Positions 51,701 to 62,264 of a stretch of 64,000 nt of DNA are shown piece by piece. Origin of the DNA: Paragordius varius. Taxonomy: Eukaryota > Animalia > Nematomorpha. The notes below the pieces were generated by a model that saw only the letters and a list, made by a program, of their open reading frames with translations, had not been told where the DNA came from and did no database searches. Made by a program: the position numbers and the translations under genes. The stretch is from assembly GCA_964247055.1 (NCBI GenBank), contig OZ176058.1, positions 3,100,001-3,164,000 of the forward strand. The letters run 5' to 3'. Within the stretch, counting starts at the first letter, position 1, and every line of letters starts with the position of its first letter.

Positions 51701-54700
51701 AATATGAAATATATCTTTATGGCATAGTTTATTATTTTGTCAGTAATTTTTTATAAACAAAATTTCATCTTTTAAAAATATAAAAATTTTTAATTTTAAA
51801 AACATTTAATTTATTTAAGGGTGAATTTGAAGCGTAAATGGTATATTAATTTATATTGAAAAGTTGTTTTGTTCCTATAAAAAAATGACTTCTTTTTTTT
51901 ACTTTTTGTTTTAAATATTTTATAATATTATTTTTAAATTTCGTGTTAATTAAAAAAATTAAAATAATTCAATTTTATACATTTTACGTTTTTGTGTCTG
52001 TATGATATCTGATTTTTTACAATTTTTATACTAAGAATTATTTTAAATAATATACCTTTTTTCCATAATTTTTTTTATAATTTTATTCTTACTCTAAAGC
52101 TTTGTTTATATAATTTTGCTGCTTTTTAGACCGAATTTACATATTTTTTATAGTTTTCCAATTTAAAATTTTTTAATTTTTTTTGACATTGTTAGACCGA
52201 ATTTATATTGATGCTTTTACGTGATTGCGTTCAAGTTTATAATCCACACTTTAAACTCATTATTCTGAGTTCTGATTCTTGCATATCCGACATTGAAGAT
52301 TATTTTGTTAATCAAGACAGAAAAATTATTGATATTTTCTCAAAAAAAGATCACTCTATTAATTCAATTGTTTCTCTTGATGGTACAAGCGAAGATATTG
52401 ATGAAGATATAAATGAAAAAACGGATTTTATTGGTTTAAAAAGTAAGTCTTACTTAAAAAACGAATTTTTAAAGGTGTTTTGGATATAATATTATTTTTA
52501 ATTATGAAAAAACTGAAACCATTGATTTTAAAAGTAAGTTTTACTTAAAAAACGAATTATAAAGGTATTTTAGATATAATATTATTTTTAATTATGAAAA
52601 AACTGATTCCATTGATATAAAAACTAAGTTTTACTTAAAAAACGAATTTTTAAAGGTGTTTTTTAGATTTAATATTTTAACTAATTTCAAGTATTTATAT
52701 AGAGTAAAAACTGAAATTACACGGACAAAAAGTAAAAATATAAAGACAGATATTATTTTATTTCAAAAGACAATTATACTTTTTTAAACATTAATTTTTC
52801 TCATACAAATTATAAAATTACGATTGTAATATATATATATATATATATATACATATATATCAATTCCACACTTTTAATGAGTTAAATTAAAAAAAGCAAG
52901 ATTTAAAAAGTATGGGGTTATCTTTTAGAAAAATATTTGTCTTTATATCTGCACATTTTGTCCGTATAATCACAGTTTTTATCGTTAATTTTAATATTTT
53001 TTCAAAAGATTTTTTTATAATAATCGATCGCCCAAGCGGATCCGAAATATATAATATTATTTTTAATTTTTTATATTATTCGCATATTAGTCAAAATAAA
53101 ATATTCATATATTTTATTAAAATGATTATATTGTCATAAAGTATATACTATAATTTTATACTTTTTATCTTGCTTAGTTTTTTAAAAAAAAAGTTTTAAA
53201 CATTTTTTTCTTTTAGAATAACTAACTAATAAACAAAATATTTTGAAAACTATTTTATTCCTTTATTTTTTATAATCTATATGCTTACAATTGTGAAATG
53301 GATAATAAATTACTTTTAATGTTTTGTAAACATATTAAGGTTAAAAAGTATGGTTTTCTATATCAAGTAAAAATATATGTACCATTAATCAAAATTATTC
53401 ACCCACGAACAATTTAATTTTACCCTAAAATTGTAGTTTTTAAAAATCAAAAAATTAACATGTATTTTAGATATTTTTATTGAAATGAAACTTTGTTTTA
53501 AATTAACTTAATATCGAGAAAAAAAATGAATAATATCTGCCACAAATATATTTTACATTAATAATGAGTTTATTAGCTCGACAAAAAATAACTTATATAT
53601 TTTAGGGTAAATGAATTTGAAAAGTATTTTATAGTTGAAAAACACATAACTCATATTTTAGGGTGACTGAATTTGAACAGTATTTAATAGTTAATTTGAG
53701 GTCTGGAGTTTATAGTATAATAAATTGTCATAATTTAACTTATTTTTCTAAAGAATTATTTTTTATTAATAATAGAAACAACCGGGGAAACATTATTTTT
53801 GGATGATTGTATAGAGTTAACGCATTTCGATTACAATGGAATTGTTGGAACCGCTTACGGTAGAATGCGAAGACGCAAAAAAGCCAAACTTAGAAGGAAT
53901 TTACCTCCTAGTTTACATAATTTGAATTATACTGGTATTTATTTTTGATATTTAGATTTTAAATTCAGAAAATTTATTAAAATTTAACAAAAATTATTAT
54001 TGAATGAAATGAAACTTAAAACTAAATACAGTCATGTATCCTTTATTATATCAAAAATTTAGGTATAATAATTTCAGAAATTATATAGTAACAATCAGTT
54101 TTTTACAAATCAATAATTAAAATTGTAAATTTTCCAATCAAATGCAACAACATACACATTCTTAAATTGATTCATATAGCCTTAAAAAATCATTTTCTAA
54201 AGCAGCTATTTTAAAGAAATAAAAATGTTAATATTTCTTTGATAACTTTTTTAAAAAAACGACCCCATTTCTATGCTCTATAGTACAAACATTTTTTTTT
54301 TTTAGGTTTTCATATCTCATTCAAAATTATTGGTTAAATTGATTTCTCATTTAAAATACAATCATGTATCCTTTATTTTATCAAAAATTTATTTTTATTT
54401 TTATTTTTCGTTAAATGGGCCTATAAATATTTGGTAAAGAATGGAAAAAAACAAGAGCTCTATATAGTAATTCTTTTAATTTTATTAATGAATATGATAT
54501 GGTTAATACCATAGAGCTCTTGTTTTTTTCCATTCTTTACTAGATATTTATACTCCCATTTAACGAAAAAAATATATTTTAAATAAAATAAAGGATACAT
54601 GACTTTAATTTAAATGAGAAAACTTAATTAATAATTTTAAATGAGAAATAAAAACTAAAAAAAACATATTTGCTTTTATAAAGCATAAAAATGGGGTGGT

Positions 54701-57700
54701 TTTTAAAAAAAGTTATCAAAGAATTTGTCAAAAATTTTATCCGCACATGTTTCTTTAAAATAGCTGCTTTAGAAAATAATTTTTTATAATGCAATATAAA
54801 TCAATTTAAGATTAAATGTGTATGTTGTTGCATTCGATTGAAGCATTTACAATGTTAATATATAGAATTGTAATAAACTGATTTTTACTATATATAATAT
54901 TCTGAAATTATTTTACCTAAATTTTTGATAAAATAAAGGATACATGACTGTAATTTAAATGAGAAATGAAACTTGACTAATATGAAAAATGAAAAAAAAT
55001 GTTTGTACTATATATGAAAATTTGTTTGTTTTTTAAAAAAGTTATCAAAGAAACTTTTAACTTTTTATATTTCTTTTTAAGAGCTGCTCTAGAAAATAAT
55101 TTTTTATAATGCAATATGAATCAATATAAGATTGAATGTGTGTGTTGTTGCATTTGATTGAAAAATTTACAAAATTAAATATAATTTTAGTATTGTAAAA
55201 AACTGATTTTTTACCCTATATAATATTTTGAAATTATTATATCTAATTATTTTCAGTGGATCCTGATGAAACTAAAGCTCCCTTCTGTGATTTTTCTATT
55301 GTTGGAGAACAAGAACTAGAAAATCAAAAACGAGGACATTCAAAGATTTATAAACCTTTGACACGTTACGTTTGTTCTCAAATGTCGCTAAAGAATGACA
55401 TTTCTTTCGAATTGATTTATGTAAGAACAAACCTTTTTATAATAAAATCATTGGGTAAAAAAAAGTTTGTGGTTTTTTTTGAAAAAAAACCGCTTTTAGA
55501 AACTAAAAACTTGAACATTATAATAATTTTATAATTTCCTGATTATTTTTAATTATACATATATATACCATTTATAGTCAAATTCATTCTTGACCAATTT
55601 GAATTCACCCTAAAAAACAATTATCTGTTTTCGAATTAATATAAAATATATTTTTATGGCATAGTTTATTATCTTGTCGGTATTATTTTAATTTTAAACA
55701 AAATTTTATCTTTTAAAAATATATTGAAATAAAGGTAATTTATAATTATAAATAACACTTAATTTTTTTAGGGTGAATTGAATTATAAATAGTATATATA
55801 TTGTTTACAAGAAATTTATTAGATTTCAAATATAAAACTGTAAAATGCAAATTCAATATAGCAATTTTTTCTGGTTCTTAACAAAATTGATAGACTTATA
55901 TAAAATACCTATTTAGGAAATATTACTTTTATTTAGATTTTGTGAGCATTTTTTATAAAATATGAATTTTCAAATTTTTCGCGGGCCGCACATAAGCTGC
56001 TTGTTGGTGACTCTTGATTTAAGTAAAAACCTTAACTTTTTAATACGGTTCTTTTTTATACAACGTTTATTCATTTTTAAAATATTTTTTATAACATAAT
56101 ATTATTTATAGAGTGTTTAATAATGGTGATTCATTAAAAACGTAAAGCTTGTATTGTTTTTTATACTTCTCTATATATAATTCTTTATTTAAATAACTTA
56201 AAAAAATTGAATTACGGACAAAACCTAAAAATATAAAGACAATAATCTTATCTAAAAGACAACCATACTTTCTAAAACCTTAATTTTTCCCATATAAGCT
56301 ATTTATTTACAATTGATTGTGTTAGTAATATATATCACTATTTTACAATTTTCCGTTTAAAACAATGAGTTATTTTGAAAAAAATCAAGATATAAAAAGT
56401 AATGGTTTTCGTTTAGAAAATATATTTGTCTTTATATTTTACGTTTTGTTAGTATAATTTTAGTTTTTACTGTAATCAGTATAAAATCTTAAGCAAAAAT
56501 TGGGTATTTTTATCAAAATATATTTTTAGATAAAAAATATGAAAAGTGGGGCGGGAAATTTTAAATGGTCAACTAATGGTGAAATTAAAATTTGATTTAT
56601 TTTTATTTTTAAAATGTCCTACTTAAAATATGTAAAAAAATATTTTTAAATTTTTTTATTCATTTAATTGAATTCCGTGACTTTTATACTTTTTTAAATT
56701 TTTGCCAAATATTTTTCCTGTAATAGGTAATAGGCTTTACCAATATATTTATAATACGGTAAAAATCATTAAAATTATACAAACAAAACGTAAAAAAACT
56801 AAAAGACTACTTTTTCCATAAGTGTGATATACCCTTAATTTAGCTGAAATTTAAAAAAATATTTATTAACTTTTGTCCTTACATTTAAATTTTTTGATAA
56901 ATTTAAAAAGAAATTATACGGACAAAACTTTATAATTAAAAGAATAAAATTTTTTTCTAAAAGCCAACCATAATATATAAAAATTAAAGTTTTTAATGAT
57001 ATAATTTATTGTTTCAAATTGTAAAGTATGAATATTAATGTACCATTTGCTATTCAAAAGTGTCCTTGATCACTTTAAGTAGTTGGTCATTTAACTCTTA
57101 TGTTTTCTTTTTATATTTTAACTCGTAATTAAAAAGTAAATAAGTTTTATGGGTTACTATTAACAATGTTTCATTGGAAACATTTAAAAGTTAATAATTT
57201 TGCTAAATTGGGAAAAAATTAATAAACAAAAAAGTTGTTTTTGAATATGAATAAATAATTATTAAAAAGATAAAATTAGGTTTTTAAAAATTAAAAAAAA
57301 TGCAAAAATTTATGGTTAAATCAAAATTTATAATATTTTAAGCACCAACTTGAAATCAAGGCATTCTTAAAATGTTCAAAGACAAACTTGAAATGCTAAT
57401 GGTATAACACAAACCTAAAATAAAATATGGTCTTTTGGAAAAAAAATATTTGCCTTTATATTTTTACCTTTTGTGTCTGTAACTTAATTTATTTTACAAT
57501 TTTTAGAGCATTATAGATTATATAGTGAGTAGCAAGGAATATGGGACCATACTTATATTTTTACCTAATGTCACTTATATTCAGTCATTAGAAAAATATT
57601 TGTTGGATATAATTGGTAGAATGTCAAGTAAATATCTATATCTTTCATTTTGCTTTTTTTAGACAGAGAATTTTATATATAATTCTCAAGAAATTAGTAA

Positions 57701-60700
57701 AAAAAAACTCAATATTCCACAAAATTTTTAACATCATAAATAGAAATACAGTCGAACTTTTTTTGTGCGAAAAAAATCGCGACAAAGTTTATTATAACTG
57801 TTTTTTGACTAATTCACATTCATTAGATTTAATTTTAAAATATTTTAAATATAAATTTACAAGTATTCAATTATAATATAATTTGGACAGAAAATGCGTG
57901 TTTTTTTTAAAAAAGTTTTGACTGTATTTATGCTGTTAAAATTTTAGGTGTTTTCACATTTTTTAAGTTAACTTATATTTTTATGCCAAAAAAGCAAATT
58001 GATTGATTATGTTTATACTTTTCATTCCAAAATCCAAATCCCAAGTTTTTTTAACAAAAAAAGTTTTTTTTTAAAAAAAATGATTTTAATTTTAACCTAC
58101 GATTATTAATTACTTTTTAAATTTTAATTATATACTATTTATGAGATCGGTTTTTAACAATTTACATGTAATAAAAAATTTATTTATACTTTTAATTCCG
58201 GAATCCAAATCCCAAATTTTTCGAAAACATAAACACGTTTTTTCTAAAAAATGATTTTAATTTAGGATTATTAATTTACTTTTCATATTATAATTATATC
58301 CTAAATATTTATAATATCGGTTTTTAACGATTTGAAAAAATATATTTATACTTGTAATTTCAAAATCCATATCCCAGAGTGTTTTAAAACATAAATTTTT
58401 TTTAAAAAAATGATTTTAATTTTAACCTATTACGATTATTAAATACTTTTCATATTATAAATATATCCTAAATATTTATGATATCGGTTTTTAACATAAG
58501 TGTTAAAAATTATTTATACTTGTAATTTCAGAATCCATATCCCAGTTTTTTAACATAAAACTTATTTATAAAAAAATGATTTTAATTTACGATTAATTAT
58601 TACTTTATATATTATAAATATATCCTAAGTATTTATGATATCGGTTTTTAACTCTAGGAATATAATAAAAAATCTATTTATAATTTTCATTCCAGAATCC
58701 ATATTCAAATTTTACTTTCTTTTAATTCATTTATACGCTATTTAATAACCTAAGATTTAATTAATTTAAAAAAATATCTCAACAAATTTTATTTCCATAA
58801 TTAATAACTTTAACCTTAAAATATTAACAAAATGTTGTTTAAATATCTTTCTTTAACAAAAATCATGAAATATATTTGAAGAAAATAGTAGCAATAATGT
58901 TATTGAAAGCGAAAATGATGGAAATAATGAAGATAGCAAAATCACTACGGAATCAATCAATAATGAGAATGGAAATGCAAATAGAAAAAAAAGAAATTTT
59001 ACTTTTTATAAACTTCATGAATGGACCCCTTTTGCTGATTGGGAAAAAATGTCATCTACTAATCAAAACGACGACACTCCGGATAAATCACAAAAGGTAT
59101 TTTAAATGCAGATTTTCCAATCCGATTTACAGTAAAACTTTTTATTTTTATTGAGATAAGTCCTACCTCTTTATTTTTCAAATTACTTATTCTGATTTTA
59201 TGTTTTAATAAAAATGTACCTTTTAAGCGCTTTTTTGAAATTATACTTTTAATAAATGCAATAATTAATTTAAAAATTTAAGAATAAGTAATTTACATGC
59301 TAAAAATATGTATTTCTTAAATTTTTAACCAGTCAAAAATAGGTGTTGAGTTTTAGTTTGAAAAAAAACTCATTTTTAATTAAAAAAAGTGCTTATTTAT
59401 TTTATTTTTTACGTTTGACAAAAATCTAAATATTATAATAAATTTATATAATTTTAGTTGAATTATAATTGCATATTTATAATGGAATTAATCAACATTT
59501 TTTCCACATATTTATTATAGATTATCTTAGCAACAAGTATTGGTGAAAGATTAACATTGTGTGACGACAATCCATTGTACATTATAAACACTTGTAAGGT
59601 GGAAAAGGGCGGCATTTATGTGACAAAAAGCGACAATACAACAATCAAAAACAACAAACTCATTGTCATAACTTCAAAATCTAATGTGGATTTAAGGTCG
59701 ACCTTATTGAACTCGTCAAGCAAAGGAGGTGGCTCTTGTTTTAATCTTATATCTCGGGAATGTTATGAAAGGTATTGGTATTTTTTTATGGTTTCAGTTC
59801 CCTGAAAAACTTAAAAATACGGATGAAATAACATAAAGAAATATCTTTTTTTTATCACTTACTCATGGTTTTAAAGTGTTAAATATGAGATTGTTAACAA
59901 AATACTAGATACATTTTGCAATCGTAATTAAATTAATAATTTAATCAAGGAATGATATATATATCTTTTACCTTAAAAAACCTAATTATATATACAGAAA
60001 AATTGAATTTATACGGGGAAAATGTAAAAATATAAGCATTTTTTTTAAAAAAGACAATGATACTTTTTTAATCCTTAATTTATCCTATAAAAAAAATTTA
60101 CATTTTTATATTATACTTTGTAGGTTACAACAATGAGTTATATTATATTTAAAAAATCAAGATCATAGAAGTATGTTTGACTTTTATGTTAAAAAAAATA
60201 TTTGTCTTTATATTTTCACGTTTTGTCCCCGTATAATTTCAAAATTTACTGTAATTTATAGATTACCGAATTATACAATTTATCCGACCAACAACCTTCC
60301 ACGCATACTCCTTATAGCTCTAATTTTAGCTCAAACTCAAAACGCAAAAATTGAATTGCAATATCAGTAAGTTTATATATATACATAGTTGCATGAAATT
60401 TTAGTTTTTTTCGTATAAAATTATACGAATTAAAATTGATTGTTCGATAGAGGCAAAATAAATTTTAGATTAATAATATTCATACATTTATGAAAACGGT
60501 TTTTATGCCTATAAATTTGTATACGGTATATAATTTCCTCATGGCATTAAAAAGGGGAAAAAATAACTTTAGATCAATAATATTCATACATTTATGCTAT
60601 TGATAGGAAATTACTTAGACCCGATTTATACCAACTCAAAACGAGCTTAAGTTTTCTCTTACAAATGGGAGCTTTTGAGTTTATTGGTCTTAATAATCTG

Positions 60701-62237
60701 AATGTGAATACCACTTCCATAGATCAATTATTTGCAAATAACATCAAAGTAAGTGCGTTAGGTCGAATCCTGGCTTATTTGCCAGACATGGGCGATCTTA
60801 AAATGGGCAAAATGATTATTGCATCCTCTATTTTTGGGTATATATATAGTAATTTTGTTTAAAAACTTTAATATATTATATATGCAATTATAATTTAGCT
60901 AAAATATAATTAAAATTATATTAGGATTAAATGAAGTTAAAACTAAAAAAACACTTTTTTGGTCTTTTAAGATAACTATATACATGAATTTTTATTGTAA
61001 TGACATAACATATTTTTATATATATATATATATATAACATAAATTTAGTTCAAAAACTTAAAATTATATTAGAGAAAAAACGAAGTAAAAACTAAAAGAA
61101 CACTTTTTTGGTCTTACAATAATCAACCATATACATAATTTTGATTGCAATGACATAACATATTTTTTGGGATATATATATATATATATATATATAGATT
61201 ATTTTAGTTTAAACACATGGAAACTACATTAGAGATAAAACAAAGTAAAAACTTAAAGAACCCTTTTTTGATCTTTTTAGATAACTATATACATAAATTT
61301 GTTATAATGACATGATATATTTTTTTGGTTTCAGATCATTATATTTTTTAATTTTGATTGATTAACTATATCAAATATTCCTATATAAATATATATATAT
61401 ATATATTTATAAAGTCTGCAAATTTTGCATTGTTTCAAAATAAGTTGATAAAATAAAATATTGAGACGCTGTAAAAATTTAGAATCGTTTTTTAGATTTA
61501 CCTTTTTCCTGTTTCAATTTTATTATAAAGTCTTTATTGGTATTTTCTTAATTTTCAAGAATGTATAAAAAGTAAATTAAATGATGTCGTTATTTGTCAA
61601 ATTAAGTTTAATTTTTTAAAAAAAACAAAAAAAATCTTCTGCTAAAAAAATTATACATAAAATTTCAATAAATTGTTTTTAGTTTTACGTTTTATCCTTG
61701 GTATATTTCCAATTTTTATTGTAATATAATATTAAATTTTTGTTTTTAATGAATTTTATCATAATTTTAATTTATATATGTATTTTATTATTTATCCTTG
61801 GTATAATAACTTTTATTATATATGCAATTATAATTCAGATTAAATTATATAAATTTATTATGATATTTTGATTACTAAAAGTAATCATTGTCAAACGTAA
61901 AAAATAAAATTAAAATATAAACTAATTTTTTTTACTTCAGCATAAACAATATCCAATAGTAAATTTTATTATGTTATAGAATACTAAATTTTTATTGATA
62001 AAAATTTCAAATTTTATAAGTATTTTACAATTATAAACTTTTTTTTATTTAATTTAGCGTTAGCCATTTAATGACAACCCTTGTTAGCTTACACGTGAAT
62101 CCTGACATTTTTGACAATGCCATCGTGATTAGAAAAACACTTTTGCGACACCTTAAAACTATTTGTGTCACCAATAATCGAAACAGTGATTTATTGGCTA
62201 TATTGATTTACAACAATCAATATATTTTATCTCTAGG
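36770..62237 (+). CDS. DHX9: DHX9/Maleless (RNA helicase A)-family protein, 3'-partial, with degenerate helicase motifs (candidate pseudo-helicase); >=1096 aa, >=22 exons
   Basis: Exons 36770-36877, 36906-37065, 37097-37173, 41803-41945, 44224-44518, 45128-45220, 46309-46411, 47047-47111, 47503-47577, 48390-48509, 49665-49904, 50614-50677, 51354-51439, 52196-52442, 53776-53934, 55257-55420, 57507-57615, 58882-59096, 59521-59771, 60262-60366, 60607-60837, 62058-62237; all phases compatible, no internal stop. dsRBD1 MADIKNYLYTWCCKR...SSKKEAQTLAAKNFVKYL; linker SASLHGNWKLENAKSRL; dsRBD2 ...ACALMLLRQLFHLGLVESY; MTAD-like WTPPMKDWNTW; ILPRPFGS; FLDDCIELTHF; HA2 SALGRILAYLP and NRNSDLLAIL. These are DHX9-type rather than DHX36/YTHDC2-type. 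Orthologue versus paralogue is unresolved. Confidence 0.9.
38000..39430. repeat. Degenerate GC-richer satellite: alternating ~130-165-bp A/B subunits forming ~300-bp dimers (DHX9-like intron 3)
   Basis: Anchor AAGGCAAAAATT recurs at ~38035, 38198, 38353, 38485, 38651, 38815, 38950, 39197, 39348. A subunits carry CGCCACCATATCG...GAAAACCTATCAGGCCAT; B subunits carry AATTAGGCTC...CCCTAAAAAATGCG...TTTTAGTTTTGAG. Confidence 0.75.
40383..40691 (+). mobile_element. Helitron Rep/Hel Pif1-like helicase C-terminal relic, internally deleted
   Basis: Open frame VVESGDAVNYPTEFLNSSYDPSGPPHLMILKV...IISLRN|IAMTINKAQGQTL...FSHRQLLYVACSRV...TNNVVYPQV matches Helitron helicase motifs (DAVNYPTEFLNSL..SGLPPH, AMTINKSQGQ, FSHGQLYVACSRV). 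The segment between LRN and AMTINK is missing. Confidence 0.85.
41240..41761. mobile_element. MITE family D
   Basis: TTTTGGGGTAGTTTTATATCC ... GATATAAAACTACTCCAAAAGG; reverse-orientation relative of 10735-11245. Confidence 0.55.
42111..42379. mobile_element. Palindromic MITE, PIF/Harbinger-like
   Basis: TTA|GGGGTAAAAAAATG ... CATTTTTTTTACTCC|TAA; internal arms TAAGCATTACCCCATA / TATGGGGTAATGCTTA also pair. Confidence 0.55.
42389..42677. mobile_element. MITE family A
   Basis: tata|CCATTTACAGTTCAAATTCACCCT ... GTAAATGG|tata. Confidence 0.8.
43056..43277. mobile_element. Short hairpin copy of the foldback element at 54029-54950
   Basis: AATCATGTAT...CGTTAAATGG...GGTAAAGAATGGAAAAAACAAGAG / CTCTTGTTTTTTCC...CTTTACC...CCATTTAACG...ATACATGATT; same central hairpin as 54360-54605. 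Confidence 0.75.
43909..44195. repeat. Tandem duplication, two ~140-bp units, just upstream of DHX9-like exon 5
   Basis: aaaacgaaatttattaca...cttactgtaaaacagagcatactcacataataagttttgtc...acaactaaataatc...attaatacaaagttt occurs twice. Confidence 0.85.
48950..49125. mobile_element. hAT (Buster/Charlie-type) MITE
   Basis: CAGGGGTGTTCAACAC ... TTGAACACCCCTTA flanked by the near-identical 8-mers TTCTAGAC and CTCTAGAC (nnnTAnnn target). The same left end recurs at ~21392. Confidence 0.75.
49971..50242. mobile_element. MITE family A'
   Basis: tata|CCATTTGCAAGAGTG ... (TTGGTCCTTGAACA) repeats ... CTCTTGAAGTGCAAATGG|tata. Confidence 0.8.
51594..51841. mobile_element. MITE family A
   Basis: tata|CCATTTACAATTCAAATTCACCCTTG ... 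GTAAATGG|tata. Confidence 0.8.
52411..52680 (+). repeat. Three ~90-bp tandem units spanning the end of DHX9-like exon 14 and its donor site
   Basis: atgaaaaaac(g/t)g...att(g/t)...aaaa(g/c)taagt(c/t)ttacttaaaaaacgaatt...aaaggt...atataatattatttttaatt starts at 52413, 52504 and 52594. Confidence 0.85.
54029..54950. mobile_element. Foldback-type element, ~920-bp near-palindrome with TA|CAGT termini
   Basis: TA|CAGTCATGTATCCTTTATT ... AATAAAGGATACATGACTG|TA. Each arm holds a ~330-bp unit plus a repeat of the terminal motif; a further partial unit runs 54951-55245. Confidence 0.8.
56200..56472. mobile_element. MITE family B
   Basis: TTGAATTACGGACAAAACC ... TTTTAGTTTTTACTG|TA. Confidence 0.75.
58012..58710. 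repeat. Tandem repeat, ~165-bp unit, 4+ copies (DHX9-like intron 17)
   Basis: tttatactt...aatcca(a/t)atccc...aaaaaatgattttaattt...cgattatt...atcggtttttaac recurs at ~58012, 58183, 58345, 58513, 58678. Confidence 0.85.
59995..60251. mobile_element. MITE family B ending 10 nt before the exon 20 acceptor
   Basis: TA|CAGAAAAATTGAATTTATACGG ... CCGTATAATTTCAAAATTTACTG|TA. Confidence 0.75.
60915..61325. repeat. Tandem repeat, ~155-bp unit x3, with embedded (TA)n
   Basis: aagtaaaaact...aacacttttttggtctt...aac(t/c)atatacat...aatgacataacatattttt recurs three times; the unit resembles a decayed family B TIR. Confidence 0.75.
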
Positions 62238-62264
62238 GTATTAAATTTCTTTTTTGATATTCAA

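Noticed and set aside
3160-57876. Remaining F/I/L/K/Y/N-rich short ORFs (e.g. 3160, 15355, 21339, 32380, 34761, 42989, 45594, 52912, 57613)
   Set aside because: Typical chance ORFs of AT-rich introns and MITEs, many with non-ATG starts, and with no homology or exon-like GC rise.
36770-62237. Calling the DHX9-like locus a pseudogene
   Set aside because: No stop or frameshift across 22 phase-consistent exons, and non-catalytic domains are well conserved while loss is focused on catalytic motifs.
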